Positions 11,121-22,119 of a DNA stretch of 64,000 bases are shown here, piece by piece. The notes under the pieces were generated by a model. The model ran no database searches and was not told the DNA's origin. It saw only the letters and a list, made by a program, of their open reading frames with translations. This DNA comes from an uncultured Verrucomicrobiae bacterium. GTDB taxonomy: Bacteria; Verrucomicrobiota; Verrucomicrobiia; Chthoniobacterales; Chthoniobacteraceae. Made by a program: the position numbers and the translations under genes. The stretch is from NCBI GenBank assembly GCA_963769025.1, contig CAVYKI010000009.1:1280001-1344000 (forward strand), given 5' to 3'. Within the stretch, counting starts at the first letter, position 1. The number at the start of each line of letters is the position of its first letter.

Positions 11121-11864
11121 CTACACGGCGGACTGAAGCTCGTGATTCAGGACGCTCACACAGTAAATCGCCGCAGTCTCCGTCCGAAGAATGATCGGGC
11201 CGAGCGTGATCGGACGGCAGCCGTGGCCCTTGGCGAGCGCGAGTTCCGCCGGAGTAAAATCACCCTCGGGTCCCACGAGGATGAGCACGCTCTTCGGGCG
11301 CTTCGGCCCGAACTCCGCGATGACCTGCTTGAACGGCCGCGCGTCGGCCTGAAGCGAGCCGATGAGCATCAGATCAAAACGCTCGTTCCTCTCGAAAAGC
11401 GCCCGCGGCGTGCAAGGCTGCGCCACCCGCGGAAGAAAATTCTGCCCGCACTGCTTGCACGCCTCGATCGCCGTGCGCTGCCATTTCGCAAGCTTGCGGA
11501 CGTGATCCTCCTCGGAGCCGCGAACCACGGTCCGCTCGCTCATCAGCGGCGCAATCGCCGCCACGCCGAGTTCCGTCGCCTTCTCGATGATCAGCTCCAT
11601 GTTCTTCCCCTTCGGCACCGCCTGCGCGAGCGTGATTGCGCAGGGCAGCGGCGCGGTCTTCCCCATCGAGATTTTCCGCAACTCGGTGCCCGACTTGCCG
11701 CGCTTGAGCATTTCCACCTCGGCCTCGTTCCCCGTTCCGTCAAAAACGGTCGCGCGCTCACCTGCCTTCATCCGCAGCACGTCGAATGCGTGGTGACTCT
11801 CCGTGGCGTCGAGCGCGAGTCGGTCCGGATTCCACGCGTTCGCGGAAATGTAGAAGCGCGGCAT
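11121..11864 (-). CDS. rsmE: 16S rRNA m3U1498 methyltransferase
   Basis: 'HH..VLRM', 'EKATELG', 'EACKQC', 'VGPEGDFT', 'LGP.ILRTETA'. Confidence 0.95.
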   Translation of the reverse strand: MPRFYISANAWNPDRLALDATESHHAFDVLRMKAGERATVFDGTGNEAEVEMLKRGKSGTELRKISMGKTAPLPCAITLAQAVPKGKNMELIIEKATELGVAAIAPLMSERTVVRGSEEDHVRKLAKWQRTAIEACKQCGQNFLPRVAQPCTPRALFERNERFDLMLIGSLQADARPFKQVIAEFGPKRPKSVLILVGPEGDFTPAELALAKGHGCRPITLGPIILRTETAAIYCVSVLNHELQSAV

Positions 11865-11866
11865 GG

Positions 11867-13012
11867 CTACTGGAAAAACTCGCGCGCCCGCTCGAGGAAG
11901 CTCTTGTGCGGCGGCGGCACCTCGTCGCCGAGGAGCTCCGCGAATTCCTGCAACTTGTGCTTCTGCTCGGCTGTGAGTTTTTTCGGCACGGCGATCACCG
12001 CACGCACGAGCAGATCGCCCGTGCCCCCGGTGTTCAGCTCCGGCATGCCTTTTCCGCGCAATTTGAAAACAGTCCCGCTCTGCGTGCCGGCGGGCACCTT
12101 CAGCGATGTCTCGCCGTGCAGTGTCGGCACCTTGAGTTCCCCGCCGAGCGTCGCCATGGCGAAGCTGATCGGCAGGTCGCAAAAGAGATTAGATTCCTCG
12201 CGCTCGAAAATTTCGTGCTCCTTGACGTGAATGACCACGTAGAGGTCTCCATTCTGCCCGCCGCGGATGCCGGCCTCTCCGTTTCCAGTGCTGCGCAAAC
12301 GCGAGCCGTCCTCGATGCCCGGCGGGATCTTCAATTTGATGCGCGTGCTTTGCTCGGAGCGGCCTTCGCCGCGGCACTCGCCGCACGGCTTTTCCACCGT
12401 CTGCCCCGTTCCGCGGCAGCGCGGGCATGTCTGAGAGACTTGGAAAAATCCGCGCGAACTCACGACCTGGCCGCGGCCGCCGCACGTCTGGCAGGTCACG
12501 ACACGCGAGCCCTTCTCCGCACCACTTCCATGGCAGGCCCCGCAGGCGCTCTGTTTCGATACCTCGATTTCCTTCTCCGCGCCGAACGCCGCTTCTTCGA
12601 GCGTGATCTGCATGTCGTAGCGCAGGTCGCTGCCGCGCTGGCGGCTCTCGCGATCCTGCCGCCCGCCGCCTCCGCCGAAGAATTGCTCAAAAATCCCGCC
12701 TCCTCCGCCTCCTCCGCCGAACACCTCGCGGAAAATATCCATCGGGTCATGGAATCCTCCCCCGCCCCGCGACGCACCACCTTGAGCAAATGCCGCATGC
12801 CCGTACCGGTCATACGCCGCGCGTTTGTCCGGATCGGAGAGCGCCTCGTAAGCCTCGCCGAGCTCCTTGAAATTGTCCTCCGCCTTGTGGTCGTTCGGAT
12901 TCTTGTCCGGATGCAGCTTCACCGCGAGTTTGCGGTACGCCTTCTTGATCTCCTCCGCGGGTGCCCCTTTGGCAACGCCGAGGATTTCGTAATAATCTCG
13001 TTTTTTCGACAT
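11867..13012 (-). CDS. dnaJ: Chaperone DnaJ
   Basis: J-domain HPD, G/F region, four CxxCxGxG repeats. Confidence 0.97.
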   Translation of the reverse strand: MSKKRDYYEILGVAKGAPAEEIKKAYRKLAVKLHPDKNPNDHKAEDNFKELGEAYEALSDPDKRAAYDRYGHAAFAQGGASRGGGGFHDPMDIFREVFGGGGGGGGIFEQFFGGGGGRQDRESRQRGSDLRYDMQITLEEAAFGAEKEIEVSKQSACGACHGSGAEKGSRVVTCQTCGGRGQVVSSRGFFQVSQTCPRCRGTGQTVEKPCGECRGEGRSEQSTRIKLKIPPGIEDGSRLRSTGNGEAGIRGGQNGDLYVVIHVKEHEIFEREESNLFCDLPISFAMATLGGELKVPTLHGETSLKVPAGTQSGTVFKLRGKGMPELNTGGTGDLLVRAVIAVPKKLTAEQKHKLQEFAELLGDEVPPPHKSFLERAREFFQ

Positions 13013-13026
13013 TCGATGAGTCCCCT

Positions 13027-13560
13027 CTAGGCCGCAGGCGCGCCCTTGCTCACCACCACCATCGCGGCCCGCAGGAGCCGATCACGCAGACGGAATCCAC
13101 GGCGCAGTTGCCGGATCACATGCCCCTCCGGCGTCGAGGCGTCCTCCTCCTGGCTGACGGCCTCATGCAGGTTCGGGTCGAATTTCGCGCCCACCGCGTC
13201 GATGACCTCCACTCCGCTCCCGGTCATGAATTCGTTCAACTGCCGCTGGATCATCTCCATGCCCACGGCGATGGGCGACTTCGGATCGCCTTTGCGCACC
13301 TCCATCATGCCGAATTCAAAATTATCCAGCACCGGCAGCAGCCGCTCCAGCACCACGGCCTGCGCGCGCTTGTAATCCTCGTCCCTCTCGCGGGCCACGC
13401 GCTTGCGGTAGTTGTCGAGTTCCGCCTGCGCACGCAGCGCGGCGTCCTTCCATTTTGCAATCTCGGCAGCCTGCGTGTTTTCAGCGCCATCCTCCGCGGC
13501 CTGCACTTCGGCTTCGATGGGTTCCGGTTTCTCTTCTGGCTCGGCCTTTGGTTTGCTCAT
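13027..13560 (-). CDS. grpE: Nucleotide exchange factor GrpE
   Basis: 'AELDNYRKR', 'FDPNLHEA', '[10 protein letters not shown]'. Confidence 0.95.
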   Translation of the reverse strand: MSKPKAEPEEKPEPIEAEVQAAEDGAENTQAAEIAKWKDAALRAQAELDNYRKRVARERDEDYKRAQAVVLERLLPVLDNFEFGMMEVRKGDPKSPIAVGMEMIQRQLNEFMTGSGVEVIDAVGAKFDPNLHEAVSQEEDASTPEGHVIRQLRRGFRLRDRLLRAAMVVVSKGAPAA

Positions 13561-14972
13561 TTTTTCAAGATGGTAATCAGGGTGATGTCGTCGTGTGGCG
13601 GATGGTCGCCGATGAACGTCTTCACGTCACTGGTGACGCGCTGCACAATGTCGGACGCGCCTTCGGATGCGCTCGCCTGGACAGAGCGAATCATCGCTTC
13701 CAACCCGAATTCGTCCCCGTTCCGGTCTTGCGCCTCGGTGACGCCGTCCGTGTAGAGGATCAGGCAGTCTCCAGGTTCGAGGACCAGGGAAAATTCGTTC
13801 GTCACCCTATTGAATGCGCCCCCGCTGTCAATTCCCACCGCCATGCCGGGCGGGTTCACGCGCGTCACGCTCCTGTCCGCAACCCGGTACACCAGCGGAG
13901 CATCATGTCCGGCGCGCACGAGTTTTACCTCTTTGGTCCGCCGGTCGAGCACCACGTATGCCAAGGAGATGAACATGTCCTCCCGGATATCCGGGTAGAG
14001 TTGCGCGTTCAGCCGGTGGACGACCTCCGTCGGCGACGCCCCCTCTGTCGCGAGCAGCCTGAGGGCCGTCCGCGTCATCGCCATCATCAGAGCCGCGGGG
14101 ATTCCTTTGCCCGACACATCCGCGATCACCACGCCGCAGCGGTCCTCATCGAGCGAAATGTAGTCAAAGTAATCCCCGCTCACCCAGCGTGCCGGCAGGT
14201 TCGTTCCCGCGACATCGAATCCCTCCACCACCGGCGGCTCACTCGGCAGGAGGATGCGCTGCACTTCCGTGGCGATGTTCAGATCCTTTTCGATCTGCCG
14301 CTTTTCCGCCGCCTCGTTGTGCAGGAATGCATCGAACAGCGAGAACGCGGACTGCTCCGCGAGCGCCTTGAACGTAGCGAAATTCTCCGGCCCGAACGGC
14401 TCGCTTTTCCCCATCCGCGCCAGCGCGAGCACCCCGAGATTCTGCCCCGCATACACCAGCGGCGCGATGAATGCCGAGTTCACCCCGAATGTCCGCAGCC
14501 GCTCCAGCCGCGGGTCGGATGCCGGCAAAGACAGCACGATATTTTCCGCGAGCACCCGCCCGATCAGCCCCTCGCCGGCCTTCTCCGCCTGCAGCCGCAT
14601 CTGCGCATGCAACGAAGTCGTCGCCGGCCCGTTCTGCTTCGGGAGTTCCACAAATGGCGGCGATCCCTTCGACACGTAGCTCGGCTGCAGGGCCGTGCCC
14701 TTCTTGTTCGTCAGGTAAAGTGCGCCGCCTTCCGCCTCCAGGATCCGCAATGCCCCCTCCACGATCAGCCCGTCCAGTTCCCCGAGATGCGAATCGTCCT
14801 TCAGCGCCTCACCGATGCCGTGCAGGAAATCAAAAACACGCCGCTCCTCCGTCTGCACCTTCACCTTCTCCCGCACCAGCCCCTCCACCTGCCGCCGGTG
14901 CATGCGCGCCGCCAGCAGCGCCCATGTGGCGGTCGCGCCCAGCGCGGTCGAGAGAATGATTTCAGCCAGCAT
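13557..14972 (-). CDS. Membrane-anchored GAF-domain PP2C/SpoIIE (RsbU-like) phosphatase
   Basis: N-terminal TM, GAF region, 'VSGDYFD', 'ADVSGKG', 'YTDGVTEA', 'DDIT'. Confidence 0.9.
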   Translation of the reverse strand: MLAEIILSTALGATATWALLAARMHRRQVEGLVREKVKVQTEERRVFDFLHGIGEALKDDSHLGELDGLIVEGALRILEAEGGALYLTNKKGTALQPSYVSKGSPPFVELPKQNGPATTSLHAQMRLQAEKAGEGLIGRVLAENIVLSLPASDPRLERLRTFGVNSAFIAPLVYAGQNLGVLALARMGKSEPFGPENFATFKALAEQSAFSLFDAFLHNEAAEKRQIEKDLNIATEVQRILLPSEPPVVEGFDVAGTNLPARWVSGDYFDYISLDEDRCGVVIADVSGKGIPAALMMAMTRTALRLLATEGASPTEVVHRLNAQLYPDIREDMFISLAYVVLDRRTKEVKLVRAGHDAPLVYRVADRSVTRVNPPGMAVGIDSGGAFNRVTNEFSLVLEPGDCLILYTDGVTEAQDRNGDEFGLEAMIRSVQASASEGASDIVQRVTSDVKTFIGDHPPHDDITLITILKK

Positions 14973-15200
14973 ATTTCGCGGGCGGGAAAGAGAGTCCCCA
15001 AGCGCCCCGCCTGCAAGCATTCGATTTTCCCGACGCGTGAGGCACGCGAACATTTCACCCACCTCGCGCCGGAGTGCGGCGTGGGATTTCCCGCAGCTCC
15101 CGAGGGAACGAGGCGGGCGTTCCTCCGGCCTCACTACACGGATCGGCGCGCGCCTCCCGCCGTCGGCGGCCAAAGGCGGGATTTTCGCTTCCGCGTTCCC

Positions 15201-16558
15201 CTACAGCCCCGCGACCTCGCGCCCCTTCCGGTAGGCGCGTTTTACAAATGCGTTCGCCGCGTCCGTGTTCGTGAATTTCAGCGCGGCGGCGTCCCACGCG
15301 AGGGTCTGCTTCGGGTAACGCGTCGCGACGCTGCCGAGCAGGACGGCTTCCGTGAGCGGGCCGGAGTAGTCCCAGTTCGCGTCGGTCTTCTTGCGGTTGC
15401 CGATCACTGTCTCGAGAAACTGCATCCAGTGGTTCTCGCCTTCGACTTTCTCCACGTTGATTACCCCGGCTTTGTCATTGAATACGCGCGGTGCCTGGAC
15501 GTGCGGGAGGATCATCACGCCGCGCGTCCCGAGAAAGATGCTGCCCTGGTCCGGGAGCCCACGCTGCTTGTCGCCCTTGATGATATTCGCGGCCTCCTGC
15601 ACAGCCTGCGGCGGACGCTGGTCGCCATCGTACCACACGACGCGGACCGTCTTCTCCGCGGTGAACGGGGTGCCGGGAAAGGTGTAGTCGATGATGGCAT
15701 CCGTGGCCCACGAGTGATCGTTCGGCTGCGGGCCGTCGCTGCGGATGCTGAGCGGCGCGGTGAGCGCGAGCGCCTTGAAGACCGGATCGTAAATGTGGCA
15801 GCCCATGTCGCCGAAGGTGCCGGTGCCGAAGTCGAGCCGCTTGCGCCAGTTGCCGGGGTGATACCAGCCGCCGCCGATGAACGGCCGCTCCGCCGCGACG
15901 CCGAGCCAGAGGTCCCAGTCGAGCCCCGCAGGCACGGGGTCGGTCTTCGTCGGCATTGCGCCGTTGTCGCCCCACTTCTTGCTGCTCCACGTGTGGACTT
16001 CCTTCACCTTGCCGATGACACCATTCCTGATCGAGCCGGCACGCGGTGCGGTACTCGGAGCCGCTGTGAACCTGGATGCCCATCTGCGTGACGGAGCTTC
16101 TTCTCGCGCGCGATCTCGGTCATGCGGCGGACTTCGTAAATGTCATGCGCGAGCGGCTTCTGGCCATAGACGTGCAGCCCGCGGTTCAGCGCGCTGACCC
16201 CGATGGGCGCGTGCATGTGGTCCGGCGTGGAGACGTTCACGGTCTGGAGGTCCTTCTCCTTTTCGAGCAGCGTGCGGAAATCGGAGTAAATGCGCGCCTC
16301 GGGGAACCGCTTCCGGAATTCGACCGTCCGCTTTTCATCCACATCGCACCCGGCGACGATTTTCACCGCGGCGTGCTTCGAGATGGCGCCGACGTCGGAC
16401 ATGGCCATCCCTGCGCAGCCGAAGCTCGCGTGATGGATGACGGAATTCGGCGATTGAGCCATGAGTCCTCGCGTGACCCACGGGGCAATGGCGGCGCCAA
16501 GGGCGAGATCGCGGAGGAATGAACGGCGGGAACGGAGGAGGGAACGGTTGGGATTCAT
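15201..16558 (-). CDS. Tat-exported Gfo/Idh/MocA oxidoreductase; frameshifts near 16030-16095
   Basis: 'SRRSFL' Tat motif, 'STPDHMH', 'YGQKPL', 'GDMGCHI.D'. Confidence 0.9.
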
Positions 16559-16675
16559 GATGGGGTTTGTCTGGGTGCTTCGGATTGAGCGCCAAGGCGC
16601 GGAGATATTGGAGAGATTCGCCGATGGATTGGGGAAACGTCGAGCCGGAGCGCGGAGGACCATCCTTGCGGGCAC

Positions 16676-18814
16676 TCACACCACCCACTCCGCCAGCGTG
16701 CTCTCGGCACTGGGGACGGCGAGTTCGATCGGCGAATTTTCCGGATAGCATTCGTGTTCGACGCCACCCACGAGGATCCTCACCTGAAACCGCACCTCGG
16801 CTCCGGCCGGCATGCCTATCTCCGAAAACGGCACGCTGAGCTCGACGATTTCCTCCACGGCAAACTCCCCGGCCGTCCGCGCCTTGCCGCCCGGCACCGA
16901 CACGGTGACTTTGCCGAGAGCCCCGCGCTTGGCGACCGGCGTCTGCACGACCACTCCGTCCGGCTGCGAAAATGCAATGACAAGCGTGAATTCGCCCGCG
17001 CGCCTCAGGTCGAGGCGCAGGTGCAGCCGCTCCGCATCGCAGCCAAAGCGCAGCGTCCGGACAAAACGATCATCGCGGAACATCGCGCCCTGCTCGCTCC
17101 CCGCCACGTAGCGCCCCGCCCCGACCCACTCATAGAACGGTTCGATCCGTCCGTTGATCAGCGGCGTGATCTGCCGTCGCGGACGCGTGTAAAGCGGCGG
17201 CGCCTCCGTGCTCAGGACCGTGCGGTCGAGTTCCGGCGGGAAATTTTCGCCGCAGATGGAATAGACGTTCTTCAGGTGCTGCCGGAACAGTTCGTCGAAC
17301 AGCACATCGCACTCCGTCGAGAAGTCCGGCCCGTACCACCAGAACCAGTCGCTGCCCTCGGCGGCGTACACTTCGCGGAGCGCTCCTTCGCGCTGCTCCG
17401 GCGTGAGCGATGGCAGCCTGCCCTCGAGAAAGCGCCGCGTGTCGCCGAGCAAATCCCACGCGCGGTTTTCCTCATCGTCGCCGATCCAGATGTCGAAGTT
17501 GCTGTAAATCCACGAGCCGCTGTGGAGCTTTTGCAGCGTCTTTTTCGGCGGGCAGCGCTGGAGGTAATTCTCGATCGTGCTGCTCCGGAGCTGCGTGCCG
17601 CCCTTTTCCAGGCCGCGATACACCTCGCGCAGGAAAGTCTCGCCACCGTCCTTGAACGTCTCCCACGCATTCTCGCCGTCGAGGATGATCGGGATCAGCC
17701 CGTTGTCGCGCGGGATGTGATCCGCGATGTGCCGCATGTGCGAAAGCAGATGCTCGGCGGAATCGGCCGGCTCGCCACGCGACGCCATGAAGCCGACGAA
17801 ATCGCTCAGCGGCTTTTCGCGGAACACCGCATTCACCGCCGCGCCCTCGTGCTCGACGCGCCAGCCCTGGAAAAGCTCGAGGTGATCGGCGTGAATGCCT
17901 TCACGCCGCAGCGAATTGAAAAGGTTCTCCTCGTCCGAGCAGAAATACTGGATGCCGGCCTTTTCCATCAGCGGCACGAGTTCCGGCGCGATGCTCCCCT
18001 CGCTCGGCCACAGCCCGCGGGGCGCGCGGCCAAACATCCGCGTGTGTTGCTCGACCGCGAGCCGCAGATGCGCCTCCGCGTCCTGCGGCCAGTGGAAACG
18101 CCTCGGCAGCGCCCGGCCCGGCATGGCCCGCTCCGCAAAATCGCTGTCGTACACGAGCGGCAGGATCGGGTGAAAAAACGGCGTGGTCGTCAGCTCCGCC
18201 TGCCCGCGCGCCTCGGCGTCCGCGTAGAGCTGCGGGATGCCCGCGAGGATCTCCATGTGGATGTCCAGCACGCGCAGCTTTTCCTCCTCGGAAAATCCGC
18301 GGTCCTTGCGTTTCAGCGCACCGAGTTCGGGATACAGCCGCGCCGCCGTGAAGCCGCACCACGCGAGATTGTACCACGTCTGCAAATCGCGGAAATCCTC
18401 CGTGCTCCAGTGCCGCAGTTCGGCGCGCAGCCGGTCGCGCTGAAAGTTTGCGCCGCGTTTCGCATGCAGCTCCGCATAGCGCGGGAAGGGCCGGAGCAGG
18501 TTGTCGTGCTGGATTTTGAAGAAGTGCTCGAGGATCGCGAGGCGCTCGTTTTCATCGAGGTCCGCCGCGGGCTTGCGCGACCAGTCCAGCCACAGGTCGC
18601 GGATGGTCCCCTGCACCAGTTCCTCGATCTGCAGCATGAGCACCGGCGTGAGGTTGAAGTTCACGCGCACGCCCGGGAAGTCCGCGAGCACGCTGACCAT
18701 GTCGAGGTAGCCCTTCACCGCGTGCAGCCGCACCCACGGCATCATCGCGACCCGCGACACCGGGTTCACGTAATACGGCTGATGCATGTGCCACAGAAAA
18801 ACGACGTTTGCCAT
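16676..18814 (-). CDS. Glycoside hydrolase family 57 protein
   Basis: 'WHMHQP', 'HPILPL', 'GLWPSEGS', 'LDGENAWE', 'AEGSDWFWW'. Confidence 0.92.
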   Translation of the reverse strand: MANVVFLWHMHQPYYVNPVSRVAMMPWVRLHAVKGYLDMVSVLADFPGVRVNFNLTPVLMLQIEELVQGTIRDLWLDWSRKPAADLDENERLAILEHFFKIQHDNLLRPFPRYAELHAKRGANFQRDRLRAELRHWSTEDFRDLQTWYNLAWCGFTAARLYPELGALKRKDRGFSEEEKLRVLDIHMEILAGIPQLYADAEARGQAELTTTPFFHPILPLVYDSDFAERAMPGRALPRRFHWPQDAEAHLRLAVEQHTRMFGRAPRGLWPSEGSIAPELVPLMEKAGIQYFCSDEENLFNSLRREGIHADHLELFQGWRVEHEGAAVNAVFREKPLSDFVGFMASRGEPADSAEHLLSHMRHIADHIPRDNGLIPIILDGENAWETFKDGGETFLREVYRGLEKGGTQLRSSTIENYLQRCPPKKTLQKLHSGSWIYSNFDIWIGDDEENRAWDLLGDTRRFLEGRLPSLTPEQREGALREVYAAEGSDWFWWYGPDFSTECDVLFDELFRQHLKNVYSICGENFPPELDRTVLSTEAPPLYTRPRRQITPLINGRIEPFYEWVGAGRYVAGSEQGAMFRDDRFVRTLRFGCDAERLHLRLDLRRAGEFTLVIAFSQPDGVVVQTPVAKRGALGKVTVSVPGGKARTAGEFAVEEIVELSVPFSEIGMPAGAEVRFQVRILVGGVEHECYPENSPIELAVPSAESTLAEWVV

Positions 18815-18859
18815 GGCGTGGAGCTAGCGCGGCGGCGGCGTGGCGCGCAACGAAAAGCG

Positions 18860-19492
18860 TCAGGGCCGCGGCGTGTCGTCCGGCGGCGGCCCGTCGAATT
18901 CCGGAAGCCCGAGCCGCCAGCGGATTCCTGCAAGCCGCAGGGCCAGCGTGACGAGCGTGCCCACGATGAGCGCCGCCGTGCCCCCCGGAATCCAATGCCG
19001 CAGCGCCACGAAAAACCCGGCGCCGATCGCAGAGGCGGTCGCGTAAAGGTGAATCTCCCGGCGGAATACGAGCGGGATTTCGCTCATGAGCACATCGCGG
19101 CACATGCCGCCCGCGACACCGGTGATCACGCCCATCGCCACCGCGATCTGGGGTGCCACGTTGAATGCCATCGCCTTTTCCGCGCCGAGCACGGTGAAGA
19201 ACGCCAGCGCGAGCGCGTCCGCAATCAACAGCACGGTGCGCGGCATCTCGCGGATTCGCGCGACGAAAAATGTGACGAGGCAGGCTGCGACCGCAGTGAT
19301 CACAAAGCTCCCGTCCCGCACCCAGAAAATCGGACGTTCGCCGAGCACGAGGTCGCGGATCGTCCCTCCGCCGAATGCCGTCACAAGCGCGAGGACGAGC
19401 ACCCCGAACAGATCCACGCGCTTGCCCCGCGCCGCGAGGGCGCCGGTGATCGCACCCACGGCGACCCCGAAATGTTCGAGCAGCGGTTGCAT
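18860..19492 (-). CDS. TRIC/UPF0126 family membrane protein
   Basis: Duplicated 'TAFGGGTIRD' / 'TGVAGG..RD' halves. Confidence 0.9.
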   Translation of the reverse strand: MQPLLEHFGVAVGAITGALAARGKRVDLFGVLVLALVTAFGGGTIRDLVLGERPIFWVRDGSFVITAVAACLVTFFVARIREMPRTVLLIADALALAFFTVLGAEKAMAFNVAPQIAVAMGVITGVAGGMCRDVLMSEIPLVFRREIHLYATASAIGAGFFVALRHWIPGGTAALIVGTLVTLALRLAGIRWRLGLPEFDGPPPDDTPRP

Positions 19493-19512
19493 TTTCCGCG
19501 GCGCAGGCGCCG

Positions 19513-20013
19513 CTACGCGAGCTTCAGCCGCGCGTCCTCGCCGAGGAGTTCATCGAGCGCGGACCAGTCCGCGTCGCTCGTCGCGAGAAATGCGTGGAGG
19601 TAGACCGCGACGACCGCCGGGTCGTGCTTCTCCAGCAGCGTGTTCACGACTTCCGCGAGCTTCGCCTTTTCCGGCGCGGCCGGGAGATCCTCCACGGTGC
19701 CATGCTCGTCGTGCGCGATGCCGAGGCCGTCGAGGAAATCGCAGAGCAACTGCTTCTGCGTGCCGACCAGCCAGATCTGCAGCAGGTGCGCGGCGATGCC
19801 CTCGTTCTGCTTGCGCCCGCACGCGTCGCGCAGCCACGCGAAGCGCTCCGCCTTCGGCTTCCGCTCGACGAAGACCGGGCGCAGCTTGCGCTGCTTGCAG
19901 AGCGTGTCGATGGTCGCCTTCATCAGAGGCTTCTCGTTGTCGGTGATGTGGGAAAAGAGCTGCGCCGAGGCCGACGCCGGCATGTGTGCGAAAATTTCGT
20001 GAGTGGAATACAT
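19513..20013 (-). CDS. Hypothetical protein
   Basis: Own ATG with upstream TTGCCA...TAGGCT promoter-like element and coding-like codon usage; the ORF track joins it to the upstream gene only through a frameshift. Confidence 0.7.
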   Translation of the reverse strand: MYSTHEIFAHMPASASAQLFSHITDNEKPLMKATIDTLCKQRKLRPVFVERKPKAERFAWLRDACGRKQNEGIAAHLLQIWLVGTQKQLLCDFLDGLGIAHDEHGTVEDLPAAPEKAKLAEVVNTLLEKHDPAVVAVYLHAFLATSDADWSALDELLGEDARLKLA

Positions 20014-20063
20014 GAAGGTCGCGGAGCCTAGGGGGCGCGCGATGCGTGGCAAGCGCGCAGGAG

Positions 20064-20880
20064 CTACTTCGTCGGTGCGACCGGACGCCGCGTGAGCAGG
20101 TCGAGCACGTCGCCGGGATTCAGGAAAAAGTAGCGCCGTCCATCCGGCCCCGGACGTGAACTTGGAATCGTAGATCGCGACCTTGCTCGGCCCGACGACC
20201 CGCGCGCGGTCTCCCTGCACGATGATCGCCGTGCCTTCATCGATGCCGAAGCCGAGCAGCTCCGGATGCGCGGCGATGACCGGCAGCATGTCATCGAGCC
20301 TGCCTCGCGCGATCACGTGCTGATCGATCGCGCAATTCTTCACGAGCGAAAAGCCCTCCTCGTGGCCTTTCGCCATCATGATCGTGTTTCCCTCCGGCGC
20401 GCCGCGGACCATGTAGCTGCCCTGGATCGTTGCGCCCGCCGAACTGCCGCCGACGACACCGCCGCGCGCGAGCACGCCATGGATTTCCTTCAGCGTGCGC
20501 GTGCCGAGATACGAATCGGCGAGCCGCCACTGCCGGCCGCCATCAAGCCAGACCGCGTTCGCCTTCGTGAGCGGTTCGACGAAAGCGGCACTGTCCGCCA
20601 CCGCGCGGTCGCGCGTGTGGACGACCGTCACGTGCTTCGCCCCGGCGCGGGTGAGAAAGGAACGCGCGACATACTTCTCGCCCCAGTCCTCGCCGACGTT
20701 GGCGGTCGGGATGATGACGAAGTTCGCATCCACGCCGCCGGCGAGCCTGATGAATTCCGCCTGCGTCTCAGCGCCAAACTTCCCTCCCCCGTGGATGAGA
20801 AGCGAGCCGTTCGCAGGGCCGACCTTGGTCTCAGCCGTCACGGTGGCCGCTGCGAGCAGGAGGAGGATGAGGATGCGCAT
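20064..20880 (-). CDS. Secreted cyanophycinase-like peptidase S51; frameshift near 20145
   Basis: Signal peptide, 'GGRQWRL', 'GSSAGA', 'IDQH', 'GIDEGTA'. Confidence 0.85.
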
Positions 20881-21027
20881 CGGCGCGAAGATTGGAGGGA
20901 ACATCACTTTTCAATAACCGCCCCAGCCGGAAAAGCAGAGCGCACAAATGGCGGCACACGGAACGCGAGCTGCCGCGCCTGCAATAGAGTCCTTGGCGAG
21001 TGCCCCATCCTGCGCCATTGGTCTCCC

Positions 21028-22110
21028 ATGTCGGTCACCACCGAAAAGCCAGCCATCCAGAGCCTCGATCCCGCAGAAATCGAGGCAGCCCTCGCCGTGC
21101 GCGGACAGCCGAAGTATCGCGCGACGCAGGTCCTCCGCTGGCTCTACGAAAAGCGCGTCACCGGCTTCGCCGGAATGAGCGACCTCCCCGCCGCACTGCG
21201 CGCGGATCTCGCCGAAGCCTTCACTTTTGTCCGCTTGGAAAATCTCCGCGTGCTCGGCAGCGAGGACACGACCCGGAAATACCTCTTCAAGCTCCCCGAC
21301 GGCGCGCTCATCGAGACCGTGCTCATCCCCGCGTCGCCCGCGCTCTACGGCGAGACGAGCGACCGCCGCACGCTCTGCGTGAGCACGCAGGTCGGCTGCG
21401 CGTACGGGTGCAAGTTCTGCGCGAGCGGGCTCGACGGATTTTCGCGCAATCTCTCGCCCGGCGAAATCGCCGGCCAGCTCATCGAGGCCGAGCGCCTCGC
21501 CGGCGAACGCGTGAGCAACCTCGTCTTCATGGGCATGGGCGAGCCGCTCGCGAATTTCGCCAACCTCATGCGCGCGATCGACATCATCAATTCCCCGTGG
21601 GGCCTCGGCCTCGGCGCGCGCCACATCACCGTCTCCACGAGCGGCCTCGCCCCGCAGATCCGGCAGCTCGCCGACCAGCCGCGCCAGATCCGCCTCGCCA
21701 TCTCGCTGCACGGCGCGACGGATGAAGTGCGCGGCCAGATCATGCCCGTGAACCGCAAATATCCGCTCGCCGAACTGCTCGACGCGTGCGCCTACCACGC
21801 GTCGAAAAAGAAGCAGCACATCACCTTCGAATACATCCTCATCGAGGGCATCAACGACGAACCCGCGCACGCCGCCGACCTCGCCCGCGTCGCGAAGCTC
21901 GTCCGCGCCAAGGTGAACTGCATCCCCTACAACGCCGTCGAAGGACTCCAGTGGAAACGCCCGAGCGAAGCGCGGCAGGATGCCTTCATGGAAGTCCTCG
22001 AACGCGCCCGCATCCCCGCCACGATCCGCCGCGAGAAGGGACACGACATCGCCGCAGCGTGTGGTCAGCTCCGCCGCCAGCAGGCCGCTCCGTCCGTTGC
22101 CAGCAATTGA
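21028..22110 (+). CDS. rlmN: Dual-specificity RNA methyltransferase (radical SAM)
   Basis: 'CVSTQVGCAYGCKFC', 'MGMGEPL', 'ISLH', 'DIAAACGQL'. Confidence 0.95.
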   Translation: MSVTTEKPAIQSLDPAEIEAALAVRGQPKYRATQVLRWLYEKRVTGFAGMSDLPAALRADLAEAFTFVRLENLRVLGSEDTTRKYLFKLPDGALIETVLIPASPALYGETSDRRTLCVSTQVGCAYGCKFCASGLDGFSRNLSPGEIAGQLIEAERLAGERVSNLVFMGMGEPLANFANLMRAIDIINSPWGLGLGARHITVSTSGLAPQIRQLADQPRQIRLAISLHGATDEVRGQIMPVNRKYPLAELLDACAYHASKKKQHITFEYILIEGINDEPAHAADLARVAKLVRAKVNCIPYNAVEGLQWKRPSEARQDAFMEVLERARIPATIRREKGHDIAAACGQLRRQQAAPSVASN

Positions 22111-22119
22111 GTCGCGGCG

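Noticed and set aside
16754..19603. Very long antisense or alternate-frame ORFs (949 aa here; also 13455-16091, 41187-43226, 57846-60017)
   Set aside because: They are shadows of well-supported genes, expected at high GC with strong codon bias; Arg/Ala-rich with no recognisable motifs.
19513..20907. Apparent 464-aa cyanophycinase-hypothetical fusion
   Set aside because: Created by a frameshift near 20145; the cyanophycinase ends at 20064 and the second gene has its own ATG at 20013.
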